Source of the DNA: a virus
Length of the DNA stretch: 64,000 nt
Virus record (IMG/VR): IMGVR_UViG_3300028394_000055
Coordinates: 1 to 64,000 of that record
Reading direction: 5' to 3' (one strand)
A program made the position numbers and the translations under genes. This document shows positions 8,633 to 19,154 of this stretch, in pieces. The first letter of the stretch is position 1. Each line of letters starts with the position of its first letter. The notes under the pieces were generated by a model. The model saw only the letters and a program-made list of their open reading frames with translations. It was not told where the DNA came from and searched no databases.

Positions 8633-11578
8633 ATGGCAACATTGAATTCACCAGGCGTAAGCGTATCAGTTATCGACGAGAGTTTTTATACCCCGTCTGC
8701 ACCGGGTACCGTACCTATGATATTTATAGCGTCTGCACAAGACAAAACAAATCCAAGCGGCACAACCGCTTTAGGAACCACAGCGGCTAATGCTGGCAAA
8801 GTATGGTTAATGACTGGCCAACGTGATCTAACAGACACGTTTGGTACTCCACATTTCTATACCGATGCTAGTTCAAATCCGTTGCATGGTGACGAATTAA
8901 ATGAATATGGTTTACAAGCAGCATACAGTTTACTAGGAGTTAGTAGCCGTGCATATGTTGTAAGAGCAAATATTGATACAACACAATTACTTCCACGTTC
9001 AAGCGTGCCTAAGGGTGCTCCGACTAATGGACAACTTTGGGTAGACACTGCATCTACTGTGTTTGGTATTAAAGAATGGGATAATACTAAAAAAACTTTT
9101 ACAGTTAAAACTCCTTTAGTACTAGATGATGCCGCTATTGGTACTATTAATTTATCTGGCAGCGACCCTAGTAATACTATTGGTCAACCTGGCGATTATT
9201 GCATGGTTTTATCAGTTAGCAAAGGAATCAAACTGTACTACAAGGGTAGTGGTTTTTCATGGATAGAAGTTAAAAACCCATTTGATGGTGGTAAGAATTT
9301 ACAAATAAGTGAACACTATAACTATCCTGTATTCACTGTAGATAAAAGTGTTTGGATTACAACTACAACTCCTACTGACGGAGCAAATTGGAAAGTAAAA
9401 CGTTATAGCAGTGCAACAAAAAGTTGGAGCACTATACCAGCACCAATTTATAGTATTTTGCCGGCTGCAACTTATGCATATGACTCAACTGGAGGCAAGT
9501 CTATTCCTGCTGGAGCAATATTTGTAGAACCAAATATTGAAAATGGTAATGATTCGATGGCAGATTTTAAAATATGGACACGTAGTAAAACTGGTCCTAC
9601 TGTTATTACTGGTACTGCTGCTATAGATCAAGCAGTAGCAGGTACATATACATTTAATATTAGGGAAACTATTGCAGGTAGTGGTGCTTGGAGTTCATCA
9701 AGAGTAGTTACATGGAATCCAAATGATAATACAAAAACTATTGCATCTTATATTCCAGCAGCCCTAGCAGCAGCAGGCTTAACAAATGTTTCAGCAACTT
9801 ACGACCCTGAATCATTTAAATTAACATTTACTCATAGACTAGGTGGCGATATTGAAATTAATGATGTAGCAGATTCTCCTGTTCAATCATCTGGATTTAG
9901 CAACTCTATTGCTGGTGTATATACTGCACCGGGTGGAGATACTGATTATGAATATCTATTAACTAACTGGAGACTTGCAACATATAAATCAAGTATAAAT
10001 GCACCATATAATGTTCCTGCAGATGGACAATTATGGTACAGTTCTATACATGATGAAGTTGACATTATGGTTCATGATGGAGCAAATGGTTGGGTTGGTT
10101 ATAGAACCAAATACGGCTCTACAGATGAAAATGGTCCTATTGTAGCAGCAACCGAACCGGCTTTACAAAGTGGCGGTGGCGCCCTAGTTGATAAAGATAT
10201 TTGGATTGATACTTCTGATATGGGTATGTATGGTAAAAACATATATGTTTACAGTGTGGCCAACGGTTGGGTCAAACAAGATGTTACAGACCAATCAACA
10301 CCTGACGGTTGGTTATTTGCTGACGCTCGTGCTGGAACATCTGGCGGTACTGCTACTATTCCACCAGCTGGAACAATTAAACAACTATTATCAAGTAACT
10401 TCTTAGATCCAGATGCACCTGATCCTGCTATCTATCCAGCAGGTATGCATTTGTTTAACACCCGTCGTAGCGGATTTAATGTCAAGATGTACATGTCTGG
10501 ATATATTGACAAGTATGCAAACGGTGGAATAAATCCTCGTTTCCCACACAGTAGTGGTGAATCAATGGCTTCATACCAAACAGATCGTTGGGTAAGTCAA
10601 CACAATGTAGCGGCAGACGGTTCTGGTGTATTTGGTCGACATGCTCAGAGAGCACAGATTGTTGCAGCATTTAAATCAACTATTGATACAAACTCTGCAA
10701 TCAGAGATACAGATACCGTTGTGTTTAACTTAATTGCAACTCCTGGCTATCCTGAAGCAATTCAAAACATGGTTGGATTTAATACTGATCGTGGTATTAC
10801 AGCATTTGTTGTTGGTGATACACCGTTCCGTTTAGAGCCAAACGGCACAGCATTAAATGCATATGGTCTAAACACAAACAAAGCACTTGATAATAATGAT
10901 GATGGTGCGGTTACATATGACGAATTTATGGCCATGTATTACCCAAGTGGTTATACAAACGATAATACAGGTAACTATATTGTTGTTCCACCAAGCCACA
11001 TGATGTTGCGTACCATCATTAACAGTGATGCTAAGAGTTTCCAATGGTTTGCCCCAGCAGGAACACGTCGTGGCGGAGTTGATAATGCTACAGCAGTAGG
11101 TTATATTACTGAAGAAGGCGAATTTAAAGCCACAGCATTATATCAAAGTTTAAGAGATGTATTGAGCGAAGTTAAAATTAATCCTATTGCATCACTAACA
11201 GGTGTAGGTTTAGTAGCATATGGTCAACGTACTCGTGCTAAAAATGATAGTAGTTTAGATAGAATTAATGTTGCTCGTTTAGTTTGCTATCTACGTCGCC
11301 AGTTAGATATTCTTGCAAGACCATTCTTATTTGAACCTAACGATGCACAGACTCGTCGTGAAATTAAAGCAGCAGCAGAAAGTCTAATGCTTGAATTGGT
11401 GGGATCACGTGCATTGTATGATTTTGTTGTAGTTTGCGACGAAACTAACAATACACCTTCGAGAATTGATCGCAGCGAATTATATATGGATATCGCTATT
11501 GAACCTGTAAAAGCAGTTGAGTTTATTTATATTCCTCTAAGACTGAAAAATACTGGTGATATCAAAGCCGGTTTATAA
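8633..11578 (+). CDS. Contractile tail sheath protein (T4 gp18-like)
   Basis: SPGVSVSVIDES, WFAPAG..RG, INPI, RINVARL, FEPND..TR, CDETNNT, PVKAVEFIYI. Confidence 0.95.
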   Translation: MATLNSPGVSVSVIDESFYTPSAPGTVPMIFIASAQDKTNPSGTTALGTTAANAGKVWLMTGQRDLTDTFGTPHFYTDASSNPLHGDELNEYGLQAAYSLLGVSSRAYVVRANIDTTQLLPRSSVPKGAPTNGQLWVDTASTVFGIKEWDNTKKTFTVKTPLVLDDAAIGTINLSGSDPSNTIGQPGDYCMVLSVSKGIKLYYKGSGFSWIEVKNPFDGGKNLQISEHYNYPVFTVDKSVWITTTTPTDGANWKVKRYSSATKSWSTIPAPIYSILPAATYAYDSTGGKSIPAGAIFVEPNIENGNDSMADFKIWTRSKTGPTVITGTAAIDQAVAGTYTFNIRETIAGSGAWSSSRVVTWNPNDNTKTIASYIPAALAAAGLTNVSATYDPESFKLTFTHRLGGDIEINDVADSPVQSSGFSNSIAGVYTAPGGDTDYEYLLTNWRLATYKSSINAPYNVPADGQLWYSSIHDEVDIMVHDGANGWVGYRTKYGSTDENGPIVAATEPALQSGGGALVDKDIWIDTSDMGMYGKNIYVYSVANGWVKQDVTDQSTPDGWLFADARAGTSGGTATIPPAGTIKQLLSSNFLDPDAPDPAIYPAGMHLFNTRRSGFNVKMYMSGYIDKYANGGINPRFPHSSGESMASYQTDRWVSQHNVAADGSGVFGRHAQRAQIVAAFKSTIDTNSAIRDTDTVVFNLIATPGYPEAIQNMVGFNTDRGITAFVVGDTPFRLEPNGTALNAYGLNTNKALDNNDDGAVTYDEFMAMYYPSGYTNDNTGNYIVVPPSHMMLRTIINSDAKSFQWFAPAGTRRGGVDNATAVGYITEEGEFKATALYQSLRDVLSEVKINPIASLTGVGLVAYGQRTRAKNDSSLDRINVARLVCYLRRQLDILARPFLFEPNDAQTRREIKAAAESLMLELVGSRALYDFVVVCDETNNTPSRIDRSELYMDIAIEPVKAVEFIYIPLRLKNTGDIKAGL

Positions 11579-11610
11579 TAGGTAAATAACATAGATTAAG
11601 GAGCATTTAT

Positions 11611-12258
11611 ATGCCAATTGCAAGTTTAAATAGATTTACAGTACCATTAGCAGGGTCACAGTCAGCAGCTACTCAGGGACTGTTAATGCCAAAACTAGCG
11701 TATCGCTTTCGCGTTACGTTAGATCAATTTGGAGTAGCAGGCACACCAACTACAGAATTAACCAAACAGGTTATGACTGTAAGTCGTCCTGAACTTACAT
11801 TTGATGACATGACTTTAGATGTTTACAACAGCAGAGTTAAAATGCTCGGTAAACACAAGTGGGGCGATCCGAAACTAAAAATACGTGATGATGCCAGTGG
11901 AGTGGTTAGCAAGAAAGTCGGCGAACAGTTACAGAAACAGTTTGACTTCTTTGAGCAAGCAGGTGCGGCATCAGGTATTGATTACAAATTCAGAATGCGT
12001 GTAGAAATACTTGACGGTGGTAACGGCGCTTACGAGCCTGTAACACTAGAAAGTTTTGAATATCTAGGGTGTTTTGTTAAAGCGGTAACATACTCAGGTG
12101 GCGATTATGCTAAGAACGATCCATTAGAAATTGAGATGACAATCTCTATTGATAACGCAATCCAATTAGAAGCACCTGGTGGAACAGCCAGCGGCATTGG
12201 CTTAGATATTGGTCGTGTTGTAAGACCACCGACAGCACAGGGATTAACAACAGGTTAA
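11611..12258 (+). CDS. Tail tube protein (T4 gp19-like)
   Basis: Follows sheath; PKL.YRFRV, GK.KW, EILDG, GCF motifs; strong AAGGAG RBS. Confidence 0.85.
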   Translation: MPIASLNRFTVPLAGSQSAATQGLLMPKLAYRFRVTLDQFGVAGTPTTELTKQVMTVSRPELTFDDMTLDVYNSRVKMLGKHKWGDPKLKIRDDASGVVSKKVGEQLQKQFDFFEQAGAASGIDYKFRMRVEILDGGNGAYEPVTLESFEYLGCFVKAVTYSGGDYAKNDPLEIEMTISIDNAIQLEAPGGTASGIGLDIGRVVRPPTAQGLTTG

Positions 12259-12274
12259 TCACATTAACTAAATT

Positions 12275-12308
12275 AGAAAACCCTGGTTTAATAGCCAGGT
12301 TTTTCTTT
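12275..12308 (+). terminator. Intrinsic terminator after tail tube
   Basis: AGAAAACCCTGG...CCAGGTTTTTCTTT stem with T-tract. Confidence 0.7.
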
Positions 12309-12322
12309 GGCTAAATATTATT

Positions 12323-13564
12323 ATGAGCGACGGAAATGCATTTAACAACTTTTTAACTGGTAAGGGATATGGTCCTATAATGAAGGACTATCAGCATGCC
12401 AGCGGTTTGTATGTCGACAGTACATATGCTAGAGCCCCTAAAATGGGGTTTTTGTATTTTGTAGAATTAGATATCAATCGTTCTGGTATAAGTCCAGAAT
12501 ACGATTGGTGGGCAAATAACGATTGGTTAGATGTAGGATTGCTTGCTAAAAAAGCAGATCTTCCTAAATTTACAATTGCTAATGAAACATTAAATCAATA
12601 TAATAGAAAAACACAAGTTGCTACTAAAATTACCTATAACAATGTTAGTATAGAGTTCCATGACGATAACAGTGATATTACACATAATATGTGGGTAAAT
12701 TATTATAAGAATTATGTTAATGATAGCAATTTAAATGCTCGGGCATTTAGTGATACAAAATATTCAGAAAGTGATTATAGATATGGATTATATGATAATG
12801 GCAAATTGACTCCGTTTTTTAATCAAATACGTTTATATGTTTTACATCAACATCAATTTACTAGATATACTTTAGTTAATCCTAAAATTATTAATTGGGA
12901 TCATGATGCAATTGATCAAGAAGGTACTAAAATTTTAAAAAATAAAATGACACTTGCATACGAAAGTGTTATATATGATGGTGGGATTATTCAACCTACT
13001 CAAAATCCACCGGGATTTGCAACACAGTATTATGACACCGAGCCAAGTCCCTATAATGTTGCAGGGTTACTCGATTCGCCTGTATACGATCCCAGAGGAG
13101 AATCGTCATTTGACGCAGAAACTGGTCAACCGGTATTTAAAACTCCACCCAGACAAGGTAATCCAGGGTTTGATCAACGAGGTAAAGATACTGTATTTGG
13201 AACACCTCCTAGACAGGGTAATCCTGGCTACGACCAGCGTGGAAACTCTAGAGCCTATGGAGTAATTAGACCACAAACAGCAGGATTACTTCAACAACTT
13301 GGAACAATACTTGCTAAAAATTATATAAATCAAAGTGGACTAACAAGACAAAAAGCCACTGTATACAATATTGCTGGCAGTGTAATGGGACAAATAGGCA
13401 GTGGTCCGGGAAAATATGCAAGCCCACCAAGCGAAGAAGATCAACCGGGTGTTTTTACATTACCCGGTGGCGTTGGTATCAATATATTTAAGGGATTTAA
13501 TACAACAGTAGATGGGAAGATCAGAGCAAATCCTGCTGCAATATTATTTCCGCCTAGAGGTTAA
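12323..13564 (+). CDS. Tail-tube-like baseplate protein (gp48/gp54-like)
   Basis: ADLPKF...NQYNRK......Y..V.I.FHDD tube-fold motifs; 20-aa tandem repeat in C-terminal half. Confidence 0.55.
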   Translation: MSDGNAFNNFLTGKGYGPIMKDYQHASGLYVDSTYARAPKMGFLYFVELDINRSGISPEYDWWANNDWLDVGLLAKKADLPKFTIANETLNQYNRKTQVATKITYNNVSIEFHDDNSDITHNMWVNYYKNYVNDSNLNARAFSDTKYSESDYRYGLYDNGKLTPFFNQIRLYVLHQHQFTRYTLVNPKIINWDHDAIDQEGTKILKNKMTLAYESVIYDGGIIQPTQNPPGFATQYYDTEPSPYNVAGLLDSPVYDPRGESSFDAETGQPVFKTPPRQGNPGFDQRGKDTVFGTPPRQGNPGYDQRGNSRAYGVIRPQTAGLLQQLGTILAKNYINQSGLTRQKATVYNIAGSVMGQIGSGPGKYASPPSEEDQPGVFTLPGGVGINIFKGFNTTVDGKIRANPAAILFPPRG

Positions 13565-13566
13565 AA

Positions 13567-14139
13567 ATGGCTCAACGATTTACTAATGTGCCGCCCGCTG
13601 AACAAGCAGAATATAATTCAACAGTTCAAGCGTTTGATAATTATCAAACATCTTCAATAGAAATTAGTTCATTGGTACTAGCCGCCATGAAAAGTTATTT
13701 TGTTAATAGAGGGTTTGGAGATGTTTCAGCAGAATCTATTGCTATAACCATTATAACTCAGGCCAAACAAGATGGGTACAATCCCATGCAAATATTAGAT
13801 ACATTAAGGGGATTAAGTAATGTTGAGTTATCAGGGCTTGTATCTGAAATATTAAATTATAATAGATTTAAAACAAGTTCATTGGGTTATGCTCAAACAT
13901 TTAAACCTAATCTACAAATACAACGAAATATTATAGACGGTTATATACCATTTATTCCAAATCCTCCACCGCCACCTCCTGTACGTAGTACAATTATATT
14001 AACTGATGAAAATGGAGAAGATATAACAGACGAACTCGGCGATATTTTAACAACAGAAGAATTTGGCCCAGAAGCCTTACTTGATGAAAATAATATGGTA
14101 TTAACTGATGAAAATAATGATTTATTAATAACAGAATAA
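13567..14139 (+). CDS. Putative virion protein with Pro linker and acidic LxDE/LxTE repeats
   Basis: 190-aa ORF within the tail operon. Confidence 0.55.
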   Translation: MAQRFTNVPPAEQAEYNSTVQAFDNYQTSSIEISSLVLAAMKSYFVNRGFGDVSAESIAITIITQAKQDGYNPMQILDTLRGLSNVELSGLVSEILNYNRFKTSSLGYAQTFKPNLQIQRNIIDGYIPFIPNPPPPPPVRSTIILTDENGEDITDELGDILTTEEFGPEALLDENNMVLTDENNDLLITE

Positions 14140-14170
14140 ATAAAGAATAAATAAAATGGAATAAACAATA

Positions 14171-14902
14171 ATGCCAAATATTACAACATTAGCAACGGTA
14201 TCAAATATAACATCTTCTACAACTTTTGTTGTAATTAATACCGGTCTTACACGTAGATATTCTTATCAAGATTTAAAAAATAAATTAACAAATGATGGAT
14301 TAGGTGGTGGTGCTGGTGCATTATCTAATCTATCAGATGTTACATTTACTACTCCTACATCAGGACAAGTTTTAAAATATAATGGAGCAAAGTGGGTTAA
14401 TGGTACTGGTGGCGAGATATACACATTAAATACCGCAACTGGCTCAGTACTGGGAGGAGTTAAAATTGGTACTGGTATATCAATCACTGGCGATGGTACT
14501 ATTAGTGCAGCAGGTGGTAGTACTCCGTCTCGTAGTTCTGCATCAGTTACTAGTGCAAGTTTAAATACTGGTACAAGTGGAAATTATGAAATAACAGGGT
14601 TTAAAGGATACGGTTTACTATCTATTCAAACAAGTGTAGCAGCATGGGTAACAGTGTATTCAAGTGTTGCCGCTCGAACAGCAGATTCTGCAAGGATTAT
14701 AACAGCAGACCCTAATCCAGGTAGCGGAGTTATTGCTGAAGTAATTAACACAAGTGGAACAACCCAATACTTTAGTCCTGCTCTAATAGGATATAGTAGT
14801 GAAAATGTACCCTCGGCTTCTATTCCGATTAAAATTTATAATAACGGTGATAATTCTGCGGCAATAACAGTAACACTAAAGTTAATTCAATTAGAGGCTT
14901 AA
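14171..14902 (+). CDS. Putative tail fibre/adaptor protein
   Basis: LSDV...GQVLKYNG..WVN and AT..VLGGVKIG fibre-type motifs. Confidence 0.6.
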   Translation: MPNITTLATVSNITSSTTFVVINTGLTRRYSYQDLKNKLTNDGLGGGAGALSNLSDVTFTTPTSGQVLKYNGAKWVNGTGGEIYTLNTATGSVLGGVKIGTGISITGDGTISAAGGSTPSRSSASVTSASLNTGTSGNYEITGFKGYGLLSIQTSVAAWVTVYSSVAARTADSARIITADPNPGSGVIAEVINTSGTTQYFSPALIGYSSENVPSASIPIKIYNNGDNSAAITVTLKLIQLEA

Positions 14903-14906
14903 TTTT

Positions 14907-17639
14907 ATGCATCTACCATTAGGTCCAAATGGATTACCTTTAGCAAACCTAGGTAATCCGTTATTTGAAGGCAACCGAAGATTTGTTGTAACTCTTAAAA
15001 ATTGGGAAGACAACGAAAGTTTATATTTGGATATGGAAACTTTAGGTGGACCATTACATATACCTAACAGAGTGGTTGAATGTTTAGATCGGAGACCATT
15101 AGAAAGAAATACCGATTATCTTTTAACATATGAAGAAGCCGTAGCATTATCCCATGATCCGAGAGTTTCTGCTGTTGAATTAAATCCTACTGATAGGAAG
15201 ATATCAATAACACGGCATAATTGGGCAACTACTTCAACTTTTAGTAAGGCATTTGCCCTTACCGGTACTGATAAAGATTGGGGATTATTTAGAACAAGAG
15301 CAAAAGTTAATCCTAATAATTGGGGTGGTGGATTATATACTCTGAACACCACTACTGTTTTATCAGATGCTTCGGGGAAAAATGTAGATGTAGTTATAGT
15401 GGACGGGGGACTACCATATCCTGTAACACTAGAATACGCACAAAATCCAGATGGTACTGGATATCCTAGAATGGTACAATATAATTGGAGGAATTACACT
15501 TTTCAAAATTATAGTTATGAAACTCATGAAAACGGTCACCAAGCACATACATCTGGAACAGTAGCAGGTAATACTCAGGGTCATGCTCGTGATTCTAATA
15601 TATATAATCTTACATATAACGATGGAATTGTACCAGTTACAAATTTTCATCAACGTAAACCTGTTAATCCTTTAACAGGATTTAAAAATCCCACAATAAC
15701 AAACAACAGTTGGGGATATTCAAGCAGTATTACTTATAGTGATTTAAAATCATTTACATCAAGAATTCATTATAGAGGAGTTGATTATTATCCCGTTAGT
15801 GGTAGTCTAGGTACCTATGTATGGAATGATGCAGATATTCAAAGTTATGGAATACCTCGACTATTTGGTAATGGATTTCCTGCGAGAGATTCAGGAACAG
15901 ATGCTAATTTTATTGATGCTGCTAAGGCAGGAGTTATTAATGTATGTTCAGCTGGAAACAGTTTTTTTCATATAGCCAAACCTAGTTCTAATCCAAATGA
16001 TGATTATAATAATTATGCAGTATACGACGGTAATGTTGTCTATTATCATAGAGGATCTAGTCCGGGTTCTGCGGATGAAGCAGCTAGCTCCAACTACAGT
16101 TTAGATTATTCTCCTATATGTGTTGGTGCCGCCGGAGCAGTAAAAACAGGACCAACAAGTAGTCTTACCATTAACTATGTATTTGGTCTTGGAGGAGGCT
16201 ATACAGGGTTACTGTCAACTGATTATAAATCAGAATTTTCAAACTATGGACCACGAGTCGATGTATTTGCTCCAGGAGAATGTACATTAAGTGTAATTGA
16301 TACTACTTCTTATGCATCAGGAGTCGTTAATGATCCACGAGCAGCAACATTAGGAATTACAGATACCTATAATAAATTTGGCAGAGATGCAGGCACTAGT
16401 ATGTCATGTCCGCATGTTTGTGGAGTACTAGCATGTGTATTAGAAAAATATCCAAGGATGCGTCAACCTGAAATTCGTAAATGGATAGCATCTGTATCGT
16501 TACCTACTTTAGGTAGCACTACTGGCGGCGCCGGAGATGGCACCGATGCGGGATTTCTATCTTGGTCAACTTCTAGTAATCAAAATATGATATTTCAACA
16601 AGGAACACGAGTAAAGGAAGCAGAAGTTGGAGGATTATATCCTACTCCCTATCCTATAGCAAATTCTAGTTATAGAAGAACTAGCGGACAAGTATGGCCA
16701 AGAACTTCGACTCTTTTTGCATACAATAATAAAGCAACCTTATCGTTAACTTCAGATAAAATGAACTTAACTACTGGCGAGTCCGCTACAATTAGTTTAG
16801 CAACAACAAATTTACCTAATGGTACCCTTGTTTCTTATATTATTTCAGCTAGAATGTTAATAAGCTCAACTTTAGTAGAAACCAACGCAGTTTCAGGAGT
16901 TGCTACTGCTAGTAGTTTTATGACTGGATCAATTACAGGCTTTAAAACATCTCCAAACACTGGTAATAGAATTACTACCACAGGTTCTGGTATAGGAACA
17001 AGAACTTCAATTACAAATAGTTTGCTAGGTGCAGCATCACTAACTGCATCAACTACTCCGAGTAGCGGAAGCGTTGATGATGGATATTGGACATTAAGTT
17101 TGCCTTTTAGTATCACATTTGATGGTACTAGTTATTCTTCAGTATACGTAGGAACAAATGGTTATATAACATTTGGTAGTGGATCAACCGCGTTTCAGTC
17201 TATTAGTAGCAGTAATCCAATATACCCAAAAATATTAATATCTGCAGCAGATCACTCAACTCAACGTATATATTATGGTATAGAAGGTTCTTCTCCTAAT
17301 AGAACATATAGAGTAAGAGTGGAAGGATCTACTGGATACTCTGGCACCATAGGATCCCCTACTAAACTTTATGAGGCAATATTTTATGAAAATACTCCTA
17401 ATCAGATAGATATTCAAATGGGAGTAAATAATGCTTGGGGCATACAAGGAGCAGCATATACTTTCTTACCCGGTGACATAAATAATGACCCGCTAACTGG
17501 AGTGTTTACTGTTGATGCCAACGGTGCTGCCATTCTTCCGTATCCTTTAACAATAACGACTGGTAATTCATATGAGTTGTATGTACGCACAGGCACATTT
17601 CCGGCTGCGTCAGTGAAAATAATAGTTAATCAGCACTAA
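14907..17639 (+). CDS. Subtilisin-like serine protease (peptidase S8) with C-terminal beta-rich extension
   Basis: VVIVDGG (Asp), HQAHTSGTVAG (His), SAGN (oxyanion Asn), GTSMSCPHV (Ser). Confidence 0.9.
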   Translation: MHLPLGPNGLPLANLGNPLFEGNRRFVVTLKNWEDNESLYLDMETLGGPLHIPNRVVECLDRRPLERNTDYLLTYEEAVALSHDPRVSAVELNPTDRKISITRHNWATTSTFSKAFALTGTDKDWGLFRTRAKVNPNNWGGGLYTLNTTTVLSDASGKNVDVVIVDGGLPYPVTLEYAQNPDGTGYPRMVQYNWRNYTFQNYSYETHENGHQAHTSGTVAGNTQGHARDSNIYNLTYNDGIVPVTNFHQRKPVNPLTGFKNPTITNNSWGYSSSITYSDLKSFTSRIHYRGVDYYPVSGSLGTYVWNDADIQSYGIPRLFGNGFPARDSGTDANFIDAAKAGVINVCSAGNSFFHIAKPSSNPNDDYNNYAVYDGNVVYYHRGSSPGSADEAASSNYSLDYSPICVGAAGAVKTGPTSSLTINYVFGLGGGYTGLLSTDYKSEFSNYGPRVDVFAPGECTLSVIDTTSYASGVVNDPRAATLGITDTYNKFGRDAGTSMSCPHVCGVLACVLEKYPRMRQPEIRKWIASVSLPTLGSTTGGAGDGTDAGFLSWSTSSNQNMIFQQGTRVKEAEVGGLYPTPYPIANSSYRRTSGQVWPRTSTLFAYNNKATLSLTSDKMNLTTGESATISLATTNLPNGTLVSYIISARMLISSTLVETNAVSGVATASSFMTGSITGFKTSPNTGNRITTTGSGIGTRTSITNSLLGAASLTASTTPSSGSVDDGYWTLSLPFSITFDGTSYSSVYVGTNGYITFGSGSTAFQSISSSNPIYPKILISAADHSTQRIYYGIEGSSPNRTYRVRVEGSTGYSGTIGSPTKLYEAIFYENTPNQIDIQMGVNNAWGIQGAAYTFLPGDINNDPLTGVFTVDANGAAILPYPLTITTGNSYELYVRTGTFPAASVKIIVNQH

Positions 17640-17643
17640 TGCT

Positions 17644-18087
17644 ATGAGTTTAAAATTTGCTCAAAGTGTCTATCAGGTAAAAAATCTTGAAAAATATATT
17701 GGGACAAAACCCCCCTATTGCAGAAGCAGTTGGGAAACAACATTCTGCATGTTTTGTGATAATAATCCTAGTGTACAACAATGGGCTAGCGAACCTGTAA
17801 AGATACCATACAGAGATCCGCTAACAGGAAAGCCCACTGTTTATGTTCCTGATTTTTTAATTTCTTATATTGATAAGAATATGAAAAAACATGCAGAACT
17901 TATAGAAATTAAACCTGCTAATCAAATGCTAATAGAAAAAGTTGGTAAAAACGCCTACAATCAAGCACAATACGTTAAGAATATGGCCAAGTGGGCTGCT
18001 GCTAATAAATGGGCACAACAGCAAGGATTAAAGTTTAGGGTAATTAACGAGCACGATATTTTTTCCAACACTAAAAAAACGAAATAA
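17644..18087 (+). CDS. Head completion nuclease (T4 gp4/TnsA-like)
   Basis: RSSWE..F..FCD....WASE...IPY.......Y.PDF...EIKP...KW.AA. Confidence 0.85.
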   Translation: MSLKFAQSVYQVKNLEKYIGTKPPYCRSSWETTFCMFCDNNPSVQQWASEPVKIPYRDPLTGKPTVYVPDFLISYIDKNMKKHAELIEIKPANQMLIEKVGKNAYNQAQYVKNMAKWAAANKWAQQQGLKFRVINEHDIFSNTKKTK

Positions 18088-18095
18088 GTAATGTT

Positions 18096-18578
18096 ATGAC
18101 TAAAAAACTTGAAGACCTGCTTAACATTGATTCAGTTGAAGAACCTATAATAGTTCCAACTAGTGTAGATGCCGAACCTGTAACTACTATTAATTTACAA
18201 GATAAATTAGAAGAATTTGATAAAATTGCCGCAGCATTACCACAAGTAAAAGGGCTAGGGGATATTAGTGATAGTGAGTTTGATGCCCTTGCTGCCAAGG
18301 CAGAACAATCATATGATGATTTAATGGACTTGGGTATGAATGTAGAAGCACGTCATGGTGCAAAAATGTTTGAAGTTGCTGCTAATATGCTTAATGCGGC
18401 AATTACTGCTAAAAGTGCTAAAATTGACAAGAAATTGAAGATGATTGATCTTCAGATCAAGAAACTAGCCATTGATAAAAAGAACGGTGACAAGAACGGT
18501 GACACTATAGAAGGCGAAGGCTATATTGTTACAGACCGTAATAGTATCCTGGAAAAACTTAAGAATATGAATAAATAA
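18096..18578 (+). CDS. Hypothetical protein, possibly terminase small subunit
   Basis: Helical 160-aa ORF ending in DRNSILEKLK, near gp4-like and terminase genes. Confidence 0.4.
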   Translation: MTKKLEDLLNIDSVEEPIIVPTSVDAEPVTTINLQDKLEEFDKIAAALPQVKGLGDISDSEFDALAAKAEQSYDDLMDLGMNVEARHGAKMFEVAANMLNAAITAKSAKIDKKLKMIDLQIKKLAIDKKNGDKNGDTIEGEGYIVTDRNSILEKLKNMNK

Positions 18579-18582
18579 TACT

Positions 18583-19152
18583 ATGAAAACATTTACTCAA
18601 TACCTATCCGAGTCAACTAAAAAGTATGACTTCCGTGTGAAAGTTGCTGGGGAGTTTACAACTGAGCAAGAATCTTCAATGAAATCATTGTTGAGCAAAT
18701 TTGCAGTTAGCGGCTTTAAGAAGACCGGTACTACTCCCATCCAAACATTACCATTAGACTTTCCTCAAGTTAAAAACTGTGAAGTGAATATCTATGAAGT
18801 AAGTTTAGATTACCCTACAACACAACAAGAACTAACAGAATACCTAAGTTCATCATTGGGGGTAAACAAGAGCCATCTTGTAGTACGTAGTCCATTTGAA
18901 CATACTGAAGAATACCAACATAATGATCCAAAGCGTGAAGGTGCATTGTTAAACGATGTGAATTATTCAGAAGCAGGTGATCCTAAATTTGAAGATTACT
19001 ATGGTGATAAGTACAATAGTGGTTTTGTTAAAGAATTAAATGATATTCTTAAACTCCAACGTAAAGCACGTGGTGAAGAGATACCAACTGAAGGTGCCGC
19101 TAAGTTTAACACTGATAGCCCAGCAGGTACACAAAGTCCAATAAGGAAATAA
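18583..19152 (+). CDS. Putative head/virion protein
   Basis: N-terminus MKTFTQYLSES resembles a protease-cleaved propeptide; TAAATA upstream. Confidence 0.5.
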   Translation: MKTFTQYLSESTKKYDFRVKVAGEFTTEQESSMKSLLSKFAVSGFKKTGTTPIQTLPLDFPQVKNCEVNIYEVSLDYPTTQQELTEYLSSSLGVNKSHLVVRSPFEHTEEYQHNDPKREGALLNDVNYSEAGDPKFEDYYGDKYNSGFVKELNDILKLQRKARGEEIPTEGAAKFNTDSPAGTQSPIRK

Positions 19153-19154
19153 TT

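Noticed and set aside
17644-18087. Tn7-like transposon (TnsA)
   Set aside because: No TnsB/C or transposon ends; the context fits a T4 gp4-like head completion nuclease.
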